Below are positions 37,892 through 46,919 of a DNA stretch of 64,000 nucleotides, in pieces. The notes beneath the pieces are model-generated. The model was not told where the DNA came from, searched no databases, and was given only the letters and a program-made list of their open reading frames with translations. The DNA comes from a virus. The DNA lies in the IMG/VR virus record IMGVR_UViG_3300043251_000023, positions 1 through 64,000 of that record; one strand, written 5' to 3'. The position numbers were made by a program, and so were the translations under genes. Each line of letters opens with the position of its first letter. Position 1 is the first letter of the stretch.

Positions 37892-38692
37892 ATGGACATT
37901 GCTGATCCGACGAACGTCGTCGCGCCCGCCTATCTCGGGGCGATGTGGTTTGATTCCGCTTCCAACGTTTTTTATCAGGCGCGCGGACTCACTGCGGCTG
38001 ACTGGGTCTTCGTCCCGCCGGCGGACATGGTCGGGTCGTTCGTTAAGATTTACGACCAGTTCTACGGGCTTCCCGAAGACGACCCCAAGAACGCCGATGC
38101 CGCAACCAGATACGGCGACGCCAAACTCGTTCGGGATACGATGGCGCTGTCCGGTGTCGAGGTCCTTGGGCTTGGGGGTCTGCGCTGGCGCGCGGCGAGC
38201 GGGACCGAGGTCTTCCAGGTCCGGCTTCACTTTCACAAGGTCGATGGGTTTATGCTGTTCGCCGGCTTTGCCAAGGAGGCGCGGGCCTATGCGATGCCAT
38301 CCGGTGTCGGGTTCGAAATGTCGAACGGATTCCTGCGGTTCAATGGCAACAGCAAGGAAATCGCGCCGGGCGAGATCGTCATCTTACGAATCGAGGGGGC
38401 AGTCCATTCTGCCAAGGCGTTCGTCAACGACGAGCCGCTCGGAAAGGTCACGGTCACGGAGGTCCCGCCGATCCCCATCGTCGCACTTTTCGACGTCGGC
38501 CCCGGCCCGCGGCCTGTGGCGCCGGGATATGAACACGCGCTAAAGCGGAATGTGGAGCGATCACGAGATTCAGCGGTCAATGTTGGCGCGCCGCTGGACG
38601 GACAATCAAAGCGCCGACCTTTTTCGGAGATAGAACCCGATGAGCGACCAAGAAGTGAAGGCCATGATCACCAAGGCGGCCAAGGCCGATAA
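37892..38692 (+). CDS. hypothetical protein
   Basis: 266-aa ORF; its 3' end overlaps a short ORF at 38640-38789. Confidence 0.45.
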   Translation: MDIADPTNVVAPAYLGAMWFDSASNVFYQARGLTAADWVFVPPADMVGSFVKIYDQFYGLPEDDPKNADAATRYGDAKLVRDTMALSGVEVLGLGGLRWRAASGTEVFQVRLHFHKVDGFMLFAGFAKEARAYAMPSGVGFEMSNGFLRFNGNSKEIAPGEIVILRIEGAVHSAKAFVNDEPLGKVTVTEVPPIPIVALFDVGPGPRPVAPGYEHALKRNVERSRDSAVNVGAPLDGQSKRRPFSEIEPDERPRSEGHDHQGGQGR

Positions 38693-38840
38693 GTCGGATG
38701 ACGCCTTGCGATTCTCTCAGGCGGCCTGCAATGCCGCAAATGCGATGTGTTCGCTGGCGAGCGCGAGCAAAATCAAAACCGAAAAGTGAAACGAAGGGGC
38801 CGCTCTCCGTTGGGGCGGCCCCGCCCAATCGGTGCAGGGA

Positions 38841-39785
38841 ATGATCCAGCACGGCATCAAGCGGCGGATGGTGATCGCCGTCCCGGCCTGGGGCGACTAC
38901 GTCAAGGTCTTCCTCGGTCCCGTTTTGCGCAGCCATAGGGCGGCCATAGCCGAGCTTCAGCGCGAGACAGGCGGGACGGTCGATATTCGGTACGTCGTCA
39001 TGACGGACGCACCGGAGGCCGTTGCTAGGGCACTAGGGGGCTATCCGCTGACCCTCGTTCCGCTGCCGGCGTCGTCGGGGTTGGTGTTCCAAACTCTGTG
39101 CGACGGCCACCGGGAAGCCATAGAGGCGGCCCGGGAGGGCGACCGGGTCGTTTTACTGAACGCCGACATCATGGTTTCGACCGGCGCCTTCGCGGCTATC
39201 GAGCGCGCCTTTCGCCGCGGCAAGCGGGCGGTCGTCTGCGGCGGCACCCGGACGCTGCTCCGGCCTTGGCATCGCTACCCGCCACCGCTGCCCGGCCGCG
39301 CGTTGGCCTGGTGGGCGTACCAGCACGCGCACCCGATCACGAAGCTCATGTTCTGGGGCACCGGAACAACCGGCTATCCGTGCACGGTCTATTTCAGGAA
39401 GGGCGACAACGTCGTCCTGAGAGGATTCCACATTCACCCGATCGCCATCGTCAAGGACCGCGATCTTCCGTTCTCAGGCTCGATCGACCTGAACCTGATG
39501 GACAACTATCGCTTCGAGGAGACGCATCTCGTCACTGATTCGGCCGAACTGGCGATCGCGGAAATCTCGGCGGAGTGGAAGAAGCACGACGATTCCGGGC
39601 GGCCTTTCGACGTCGCGACAATCACGGAGTGGGCGATCAGGGGAGCACGATCATCGCACTGGTGGAATTTCCGCCATCGTATTATGATCGCCGGCGACGC
39701 GGAGGCCGACGCAGGGGACACAGCGGTCGCCGAGGAAGTTCTAAGGCTCTGTCCCTATACCGCTGCCCTCAAGGCGGCGCTCTGA
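38841..39785 (+). CDS. hypothetical protein, glycosyltransferase-like; paralog of 28741-29691
   Basis: VPAWG.Y, VMTD, LLNAD, FHIHP..IVKDR.L.F.GSID. Confidence 0.5.
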   Translation: MIQHGIKRRMVIAVPAWGDYVKVFLGPVLRSHRAAIAELQRETGGTVDIRYVVMTDAPEAVARALGGYPLTLVPLPASSGLVFQTLCDGHREAIEAAREGDRVVLLNADIMVSTGAFAAIERAFRRGKRAVVCGGTRTLLRPWHRYPPPLPGRALAWWAYQHAHPITKLMFWGTGTTGYPCTVYFRKGDNVVLRGFHIHPIAIVKDRDLPFSGSIDLNLMDNYRFEETHLVTDSAELAIAEISAEWKKHDDSGRPFDVATITEWAIRGARSSHWWNFRHRIMIAGDAEADAGDTAVAEEVLRLCPYTAALKAAL

Positions 39786-39803
39786 CACAGAGGAACTGCC
39801 GCC

Positions 39804-40103
39804 ATGCCGCAAGGCCCCATTCAAACCTTCGATTTCACGGATGGCAACAAGGTTGCCTTCAACGTCAACCAGCCGATTGCGCTGTCCGGCAGAATGCTCG
39901 CCAGCATCAACGTGGTCACGGCCGGGACCGGCGTCGGCACGATCTACGACTCGGCGTCGACGGCGAACTGCACCACGGCGAACGCGGTCTGCCCGATCCC
40001 TGACACTGCCGGCGGTGTCTCCGTGGCCCTCGGTATTCCGGTGCAGAACGGCATCACGATTCAGCCCGGCGCGGGGCAGATGCTCACGGTGGTCTACCGC
40101 TAA
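39804..40103 (+). CDS. small beta-rich virion protein
   Basis: GAGGA RBS; paralog of 35998-36288. Confidence 0.55.
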   Translation: MPQGPIQTFDFTDGNKVAFNVNQPIALSGRMLASINVVTAGTGVGTIYDSASTANCTTANAVCPIPDTAGGVSVALGIPVQNGITIQPGAGQMLTVVYR

Positions 40104-40142
40104 CGCGGCTTCTGATTCGCCCTCGAAGGGAAGGCCGCCGAT

Positions 40143-41789
40143 ATGTCGAATCCCATAGTTTCCGTAGCGGTGAGCGTACAGATTGCGCCGTCGCCGTCGA
40201 CGCTGCAAAAGCAAGGCGCCTTCATCTCGCAGGGGTCTACGAACACGTCCCCGGGAACGATGTCGCTGCTGACGCAGTATTCGGGGCTCGCATCTTTGCT
40301 CAAGGGCGCGCTGGCGATCTCATCGCTGACCTATGCGGGAGGGACGATCACGGCGATCACGGCGACCCCGCACGGCTTCGCTATCGGCGACACGATCGAA
40401 CTGACCATCGCGGCCGCGGCCCCGTCCGGCTACAACGGCACGTTCCTCTGCCAGATCACCGGCACGTCGTCCTTCGCCTACGTCGTCCCGTCGAACCCCG
40501 GCGCCAACACCGCGCCCGGCACGTACACCGAGGAGGACGTCGCCGAGCTCGTCGCGATGGCGACCACGTTCTTCGCGCAGGGTTCCGCGCAGGCAGTCTC
40601 CGTCCTTGAACTTGGGCCCGGCAACGCCTCCGACGGCGTGACCTTCCTGACGGCCTGGATCGCCGCGAACCCCGGGACGTTCTATTCCTTCCTCGTTCCC
40701 CGCTACTGGGACGGGAACGCCTCGTTCCTGACGATGCTCGGCAACTTCAACGCCACGACGGCGAAGGTCTACTTCTTCGTCACGACGACGCTTGCCACCT
40801 ACGGGCTCTACACGTCGCTCCAGAAGTGCTGCGTGCCCCTGATCGAGGCGCCGGCCTACGGCGCGTGGGCGGCGAACGCTCTGACCGCACTGTCCTTCAG
40901 CGCCGGCTCCGGGGCGGGCAACGTCACCGCGACGACCACGACGGCCCATGGCGTCCTGCCGGGGCAGTATTTCACGATCTCGGGCTGCGTCCCTGCGGGC
41001 TACAACGGGACCTTCCTGGCGCTGCCCGGCACGACCGGAAGCACGCTGGTCTACGCGGTCGCCGCGAACCCCGGACCGGAGACGACGCTCGGCACGCTCG
41101 TCGCGAGCCAGTACACGTCGGGCGGCATCCCGGTCACCGAGTTCAGCCTCGCCTCGGTCTTCTGGGTGACGCTCAACTACAGCCCGTCGTCGACGAACAA
41201 GGTGACGCAGCTCAACCAGGCCTTCGTGGTCGGGGTGACGCCGTTCCCGCTGCAGGGCAACGCGGCGCTTCTGACGACGCTCAATGTCGCCGCGATCAAC
41301 GTGATCGGCACCGGCGCGCAGGGCGGCATCTCGAACACGCTCGTCCAGGGCGGTTTCACCAAAGACGGCAATCCGTTCAAGTATTGGTATTCGATCGACT
41401 GGGTGCAGATAAACCTCGCGCAGGCGGTCACCGCAGCGATCATCAACGGCGCGAACAACCCGCAAAATCCGGTCGACTACAACCAAGCCGGCGTGAACGT
41501 CCTCCAGCAGGCGGCGGTGACGACGATGACCACCGGCGTCGGCGACGGTCTCGTGCTTTACCCGATCAAGGGAACGACGCTCAACGCGGCCTCCTTCCAA
41601 GCGGCGCTCGACGCCGGGACCTACAACACAAACACGCTGGTCAATGCCGATCCTTTCGCGAGCTACGTGGTCGAAAACCCGAACGACTACGGGCTCGGGC
41701 GCTATAACGGCATCTCCGTCGTTTACACGCCGCTGCGAGGGTTCCAGACCGTGCAGATCAACGTGACCGTCAGCAACTTCGCGGGATGA
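40143..41789 (+). CDS. contractile tail sheath protein with two inserted beta domains
   Basis: WYSIDWVQIN...YNQAGV sheath C-terminus; two HG..G...TI.G..P.GYNGTF inserts. Confidence 0.8.
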   Translation: MSNPIVSVAVSVQIAPSPSTLQKQGAFISQGSTNTSPGTMSLLTQYSGLASLLKGALAISSLTYAGGTITAITATPHGFAIGDTIELTIAAAAPSGYNGTFLCQITGTSSFAYVVPSNPGANTAPGTYTEEDVAELVAMATTFFAQGSAQAVSVLELGPGNASDGVTFLTAWIAANPGTFYSFLVPRYWDGNASFLTMLGNFNATTAKVYFFVTTTLATYGLYTSLQKCCVPLIEAPAYGAWAANALTALSFSAGSGAGNVTATTTTAHGVLPGQYFTISGCVPAGYNGTFLALPGTTGSTLVYAVAANPGPETTLGTLVASQYTSGGIPVTEFSLASVFWVTLNYSPSSTNKVTQLNQAFVVGVTPFPLQGNAALLTTLNVAAINVIGTGAQGGISNTLVQGGFTKDGNPFKYWYSIDWVQINLAQAVTAAIINGANNPQNPVDYNQAGVNVLQQAAVTTMTTGVGDGLVLYPIKGTTLNAASFQAALDAGTYNTNTLVNADPFASYVVENPNDYGLGRYNGISVVYTPLRGFQTVQINVTVSNFAG

Positions 41790-41800
41790 GGAACTGAAAC

Positions 41801-42250
41801 ATGGCTGGCAGCGGCAATCCCCTCATTGCGCAGGGCTTCCTCAACAGGGTTCGAGGTTCCACGGTTTGGGCGAATTTTCCCGCGCTGAACGTCACCGCTC
41901 CCTATCTCGATAAAGAGGGCATCAACCTTCGGCTCGAAGGCGAGATGTCGATGCAGCACGGCACGATGTCCGGACTCGTTCAGTCGCCGGAACCATACGT
42001 CCCGGTGTCCGTCGTCATCGCGCTGTTGAAGACGCAATCCTTGTCCGACTCATACAAGGCGCAGTTTGAGACAAACTCCGTGCTAGGACCGGGCACCGTG
42101 TGGCCGGACGTGTCGAGCGGCCTATCGCAATTCAACCTTCACAACATGTCGATCCAGAGTGTCGGGGATCTTCTCTTCAACGGCACCACGCCAATCTTCG
42201 CGATTACTTGTCGCGGATTTTACGTAGTCAATAATTCCCTGTGGAATTAA
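41801..42250 (+). CDS. tail tube protein
   Basis: 149 aa directly after the sheath gene. Confidence 0.7.
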   Translation: MAGSGNPLIAQGFLNRVRGSTVWANFPALNVTAPYLDKEGINLRLEGEMSMQHGTMSGLVQSPEPYVPVSVVIALLKTQSLSDSYKAQFETNSVLGPGTVWPDVSSGLSQFNLHNMSIQSVGDLLFNGTTPIFAITCRGFYVVNNSLWN

Positions 42251-42284
42251 AGGCTTACGCGACTAAATCAACAGGGGTCTTCCT

Positions 42285-42989
42285 TTGCGCATTGATCGCC
42301 GCTTGAACCTCGTCGTGCCGGTTTACGGCGAGGAAGTCCCAAAGCTCGACGCCGACGGCAAGCCGGTGATGGAAAACGGCGAGCCAGTGATGGATCGGCC
42401 AGTGATCGCGCAGGTTCACTCGACGCCGCTACCGGCCGAAGTCGTCGACCGCTATTTCATGATCCTGGCGCAGACGTTCTCCGCGATCTTCTCGAATGGC
42501 CTTGGAGTCCTCGGCGGCCCAGCGGTGGCGATGAAGCTGCTGCGATCGCTCTCGCGGGATCAGAAGATATGGGACGACGACCCGCGCACCGGTCTGGTGG
42601 GCGTCAAGAAGGGCGTCGTCGACGAGATCGAACGCCTGACGACGGTGAACGTCCCGGACGGTTCTGGATGGACGCCGGTCCCCTTGGCGATCGCGGTGGA
42701 GCGAAACTTCATCTCCGAGGAGGACAAGGCGGAGGTCGAGAACGCCATCGTTTTTTTTATTGTCGGTTCGGCCACGCTCGCGCGCGCGCAGCGCAAGGAG
42801 ATGCTGACGGCGGCTGCGGGTCTGTGGGGTGCGCGAACGTCGCCGTTGAGCTCTACGGAGTTCACGGATTCCTTGAAGACGTCGACCGGGACCGTCAGTT
42901 CTGGCGAGAAGTCCCCTGCTCCTGCGCCAAGCGCGCCCGGACCTGCGAATGCGATGGTGGACGGGAAACCTGCGTCGCTGCCAGTCTGA
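42285..42989 (+). CDS. tail assembly chaperone (candidate -1 frameshift extension to 43111)
   Basis: between tube and tape measure; in-frame T TTT TTT slippery site at 42752-42758. Confidence 0.65.
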   Translation: MRIDRRLNLVVPVYGEEVPKLDADGKPVMENGEPVMDRPVIAQVHSTPLPAEVVDRYFMILAQTFSAIFSNGLGVLGGPAVAMKLLRSLSRDQKIWDDDPRTGLVGVKKGVVDEIERLTTVNVPDGSGWTPVPLAIAVERNFISEEDKAEVENAIVFFIVGSATLARAQRKEMLTAAAGLWGARTSPLSSTEFTDSLKTSTGTVSSGEKSPAPAPSAPGPANAMVDGKPASLPV

Positions 42990-43112
42990 CCTTCGCCGCC
43001 GGGGAAGGCTTCGCGGAGTTTGTGAGCGAGGTCGAGGGCTTCCGGTACGCGACCGCGGCGGAATGGCGTGATAGGCTGCTCCTCGCTCTCCTGATGAAGA
43101 AGGGGACGTGAC

Positions 43113-43394
43113 GTGGGAAGCCGCCTGCCATTCATCGGCGCGCGCTACGAACGCAACTGGCCGACAAAATGGCCGGCGCCGGTTGAAGGTTTACCCGTCC
43201 GCGTGACGATCTTGAACAACGCCGCCCCGCTCTATTTTGGCTGCGAGCCGTGCGTCTTGGTTCTGATGCCCTGGGATTTTCCTTGGCCCGAGCCGGAGTG
43301 GCGAACGACGGATAAAGTGCGCCTTCCTCTTGATCGTTTTCTAAGCGAATATCACCCGATAGAAAACGTCGTGGCGCTGCGCGAGGAGGCTTAA
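43113..43394 (+). CDS. hypothetical protein inserted before the tape measure gene
   Basis: 93-aa ORF, GTG start. Confidence 0.4.
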   Translation: MGSRLPFIGARYERNWPTKWPAPVEGLPVRVTILNNAAPLYFGCEPCVLVLMPWDFPWPEPEWRTTDKVRLPLDRFLSEYHPIENVVALREEA

Positions 43395-45068
43395 ATTCCT
43401 GTAAAATCGCTGATCGACATCGACTTGAACGATCAGAAGTTCGTCGCTTTCAAAAAGCTGCACGATCAATACACGGCCGCACTCGCGAAGGCCCCGGCCC
43501 AATGGTCTATGGTCAATGCTGCAATCGGAAAGACCACAGAATCGACGCGCAAGCAGTTGACGGTCACCCGCCAACTCGCGGCGGAAGCGGCCAAGGTCCC
43601 GGCGTCGCTCGAAGCCGCGGTCGTGAAGTGGACGGCAATCGACCGAATCACCCGGAACGTCGCGGGGACGGTCGGCTCGATCGCGCAGTCGATCTTCCGC
43701 ATCGGGGCGGTGACCGGCGTGGTTGGGGGTCTGTTGGGGCTGGGAGGCCTCTTCGGCATCGATCGGATGGCCTATGGCGTCGCGGCGGGGCGGCGCTCAT
43801 CGCTCGGCCTAGGCCTCGGCTACGGCCCGCAGCAGTCCTTTGGCGCGAACTTCGGCCGGCTGGTCGATCCCGAGTCGTTCCTGTCCGCCGTCGCCGGGGC
43901 GAAGTTCGACGTTAACCAAAGGGTCGGCCTCCTCGGCGCCGGGCTGACGCAGGCTCAAATTAACGGCGATACCGCGCAGACCGCCGTCGCGTTGCTCGAC
44001 AACCTTAAACGGATCGCCGACACCACCAATCCGGCTCTTTACGGTCAAGTCATCCAAGCCCGCAGGATGGGAAATTTCGTTTCCACCGAAGACTTGAACC
44101 GCCTCCACCAGACATCGGCGGCTGAATATCAGCAGGTGCGCGCAGGGTTTTACGCGAACGTCGGGAAGAACAACGTTCCCGGAGACGTACTCAAGGGCTG
44201 GCAGGACTTCACGACGCAGTTACAGAACGCCGGCAACTCGATCTTCAACACGTTCGTTCGGGGATTGGCCCCGCTCGCTCCGGGTCTGACGCGGCTGTCG
44301 GACGCGGCCGAAAAGACAATCCACAGCTTCATGGCGTCGCCCGCGCTCGGGGATTGGATCAAGAAGGTCGACGTCGGGCTCGAGAAGTTCGCCGGCTACG
44401 TCGGCACGCCGGAATTTCAGAAGAGCGTCGAATCGTTCGTCGAGGGACTTTCGAAACTCGCCTCAACGGTATGGCGGTTCGTCCAATGGTTCGGCGGCGG
44501 GACGGGCGGTGCGCACGTCGCGGACCGTGCCAAATGGGCGCGGCTTCACGGTATGGGCCTCGAAACGTCAGGGGAGATGCGCGCGCGCCGGGCGGCCGGA
44601 ACGGAAACCGCGCTCGGGCAACTCGGCCGCATCTTCGGGATCGGCGGCGGCACGATGACGATGGATCAGCTCATGGGCGTCGTCCGCAAGTCCGAGGCGA
44701 GCGGCGACCAAGCGGTGAGCCCAGCGGGCGCAATCGGCCGCTACCAGATCATGCCGGGGACCGGGGCGATGTACGGCGCGAGCCCGCAGCAACTCATGGA
44801 CCCGGCGACGAACGAGGCGGTGGCGCGGAAGTATCTCGCGTCGCTGGTCCAGAAGTACCACGGCGACACGCAGAAGGTCTTGGCCGCTTACAACTCCGGG
44901 CCGGGACGGGAGGACGCCGTTCTCGCCGGCAAGTCACAGATGCCGGCGGAGACCGCGCGCTACGTCGACCGCGCAAAGGGGCTTGACGGCTACGCGCCGA
45001 CGGTGGTGACCATCGAGACCAAGGCCGGGGCCGATGTGGCGGTCAGTATCAACGGATTGAAAAACTAG
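43395..45068 (+). CDS. tape measure protein with C-terminal lytic transglycosylase (SLT) domain
   Basis: Ala/Gly-rich helical body; SE.SG...SPAGAIGRYQIMP...LAAYNSGPG; start placed at ATT 43395 behind GAGGAGG. Confidence 0.8.
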   Translation: MPVKSLIDIDLNDQKFVAFKKLHDQYTAALAKAPAQWSMVNAAIGKTTESTRKQLTVTRQLAAEAAKVPASLEAAVVKWTAIDRITRNVAGTVGSIAQSIFRIGAVTGVVGGLLGLGGLFGIDRMAYGVAAGRRSSLGLGLGYGPQQSFGANFGRLVDPESFLSAVAGAKFDVNQRVGLLGAGLTQAQINGDTAQTAVALLDNLKRIADTTNPALYGQVIQARRMGNFVSTEDLNRLHQTSAAEYQQVRAGFYANVGKNNVPGDVLKGWQDFTTQLQNAGNSIFNTFVRGLAPLAPGLTRLSDAAEKTIHSFMASPALGDWIKKVDVGLEKFAGYVGTPEFQKSVESFVEGLSKLASTVWRFVQWFGGGTGGAHVADRAKWARLHGMGLETSGEMRARRAAGTETALGQLGRIFGIGGGTMTMDQLMGVVRKSEASGDQAVSPAGAIGRYQIMPGTGAMYGASPQQLMDPATNEAVARKYLASLVQKYHGDTQKVLAAYNSGPGREDAVLAGKSQMPAETARYVDRAKGLDGYAPTVVTIETKAGADVAVSINGLKN

Positions 45069-45346
45069 CCGTTTGGGTGTCTCATCTGGTGGATCGCCTC
45101 GCTCCGCTCTTTCAGCCACTTGTCTTTGGCGCGATCCAGCATCATCGGATCAAGCGCAAACGCGATGCCTTCGCGTGTGAGCCAGTTCCAGCCGAACTCG
45201 GCGTGACAATAGCCAAGTTGGCAAAGCTCACCACGGCCCTGCTTTGAGGGAATGTCGCCGTCCTCAGTGGGGCCGAATAGGAACAGCTTTTCGAATACTT
45301 CCTGCGCGGCGCTCGACATTCCAAAAATAGTTTCACGAACGGTCAT
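45065..45346 (-). CDS. hypothetical protein (moron-like)
   Basis: GPTEDGDIPSKQGR.EL motif; CAACAGGGAGA leader on the minus strand. Confidence 0.6.
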   Translation of the reverse strand: MTVRETIFGMSSAAQEVFEKLFLFGPTEDGDIPSKQGRGELCQLGYCHAEFGWNWLTREGIAFALDPMMLDRAKDKWLKERSEAIHQMRHPNG

Positions 45347-45402
45347 GTGCGATTCTCCCTGTTGCGTGCTAAGGATAGCGCGACCGTTCCGAGGACGCCA
45401 CC

Positions 45403-46143
45403 GTGGGAATCTCCGCCGGCTACGATGCCTTCCGTCTCAGCTTCGAGATCAGCCCGATCATCCTGACCGGCGGCATCGCGACGCTGATTCCCGGCGGCGC
45501 TCTTCCAATAATTTCCGTCACGGAGAGCCTAAACTTCGTCGACGGCCTTCTGTCTGGTGGCGAAGACCTCGACCTCGACGACTTCTTCGCGCACTTCGTT
45601 CCGATTCCCGGTTCGTCCCTCATCGACCAGCAGGTCGCGAAATACCCGCTGGCGAATCAGACCGTCGCAGCGAACGCGGTGATCACGCAGCCGCTCACGA
45701 TCTCTATGAGAATGATTTGCCCGGCCAAGGGTCCGGGCGGCTACGCGACGAAGCTCGCGACGATCATGGCGCTGCAGGCGGTCTTGAAGCAGCACAATGC
45801 TTCTGGGGGAACCTACATCGTCGCGACGCCGTCCTATTTTTACACGAACTGCCTCATGGTCGGGATGAAGGACACGTCGAACAGCGGCAGCGCGCAGGCG
45901 CAGAACACATATCAACTCGACTTTGAGCAGCCGCTTTTGACGCTCGCCGCCGCGCAAGCCGCGCAAAATAATCTGATGTCGCAGATCACGTCGGGCGTGC
46001 CGATTAACGGCGTGCCTTCTTGGAGCGGCCTCGGACCACCGACCGGAAATCCACAAAGCATCGCGGCAGTTGGAACCATCCCCGCCGCATCAAACACGGC
46101 TGGGACCGGCATCGGCGTGCCGCTCATCGGAGGTCCGTCTTGA
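45403..46143 (+). CDS. tail tube initiator/baseplate hub-associated protein
   Basis: follows the tape measure; YP.ANQ.VAANA.I.QP. Confidence 0.6.
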   Translation: MGISAGYDAFRLSFEISPIILTGGIATLIPGGALPIISVTESLNFVDGLLSGGEDLDLDDFFAHFVPIPGSSLIDQQVAKYPLANQTVAANAVITQPLTISMRMICPAKGPGGYATKLATIMALQAVLKQHNASGGTYIVATPSYFYTNCLMVGMKDTSNSGSAQAQNTYQLDFEQPLLTLAAAQAAQNNLMSQITSGVPINGVPSWSGLGPPTGNPQSIAAVGTIPAASNTAGTGIGVPLIGGPS

Positions 46144-46649
46144 CCACCTTCATCAACTTCACGCCGTCGGCCGTCCAGCCGTTCCAGTTCAGCCCAACGC
46201 TCGACGGGCAGCAGTACAACGCCATCATCACCTGGAACATCTTTCGCGGGCCGAACAACGCGACTTTCGGATTTTATCTGAATTTGTACGATTTGAGCGG
46301 CAATCTGATTGTCGCGCGCGCGCTGTCTGGAAGCGCCATCGGCCTAAACCTTCAAGCGTTATCGTGGGCGAACGGCATCGTGACCGGCACGACAGTCACT
46401 CCGCATAACTTCAAAATCGGCAAGTCCATTCCGCTCGCGATAACCGGTGCAGTACCCGATGGCTTCAATGGCGTCGCGCAGTGCTACATCATCAGTCCGA
46501 CGAGTTTCACCTTCCCGCTCGCAACAAATCCGGGCGCGGCGACTGCGTTCGGATCGGCATCATACGATGTCGACTTAACAGGCGGATATTTTGTCACATC
46601 GCGGATCGTTTACCGCGCGCCAAACAGACAATTTGAAATCTCACCTTAA
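46140..46649 (+). CDS. baseplate protein with an inserted beta domain
   Basis: FQFSPTLDGQQY...TWN; TTVTPH...ITGAVPDGFNG insert. Confidence 0.6.
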   Translation: MTTFINFTPSAVQPFQFSPTLDGQQYNAIITWNIFRGPNNATFGFYLNLYDLSGNLIVARALSGSAIGLNLQALSWANGIVTGTTVTPHNFKIGKSIPLAITGAVPDGFNGVAQCYIISPTSFTFPLATNPGAATAFGSASYDVDLTGGYFVTSRIVYRAPNRQFEISP

Positions 46650-46919
46650 TGTCTGCTCCGCTTGCAATCTCTGCAGGAAACGCCAGATCGCCTTATAGCT
46701 TCCGATTCCTGTCAGTGCGATCTGGTGGGCGTTGAGTCCGCTTCGGTGAAGTTCGATGATCCGATCGTACCAACCGGGCGCTTTCTTTCGATAGCGACGG
46801 GATACCTCCCGCGTTGTTCCGTAATCGTATTTGCACGATGTGCATCGGCGCTGATTGCGCCTGATCCGATAGACCTTGGAACACCCGCATCTCGGGCAGC
46901 ACTCATTCTCCAGACCCAT
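46641..46919 (-). CDS. IS1595-transposase-like zinc ribbon + HTH, without DDE domain
   Basis: CPRCG...C..C zinc ribbon; GLNAHQI...SYKAIWRFLQRL resembles the IS1595 N-terminal region. Confidence 0.6.
   Translation of the reverse strand: MGLENECCPRCGCSKVYRIRRNQRRCTSCKYDYGTTREVSRRYRKKAPGWYDRIIELHRSGLNAHQIALTGIGSYKAIWRFLQRLQAEQTLR

Noticed and set aside
40320-41707. Long alternative-frame ORFs over structural genes (also 51329-52809, 33729-34634)
   Set aside because: Shadow ORFs expected from GC-rich codon bias; they are Arg/Gly-rich with no motifs.
46641-46919. Complete IS1595 element
   Set aside because: No DDE domain, and no terminal inverted repeats or target duplications recognised.
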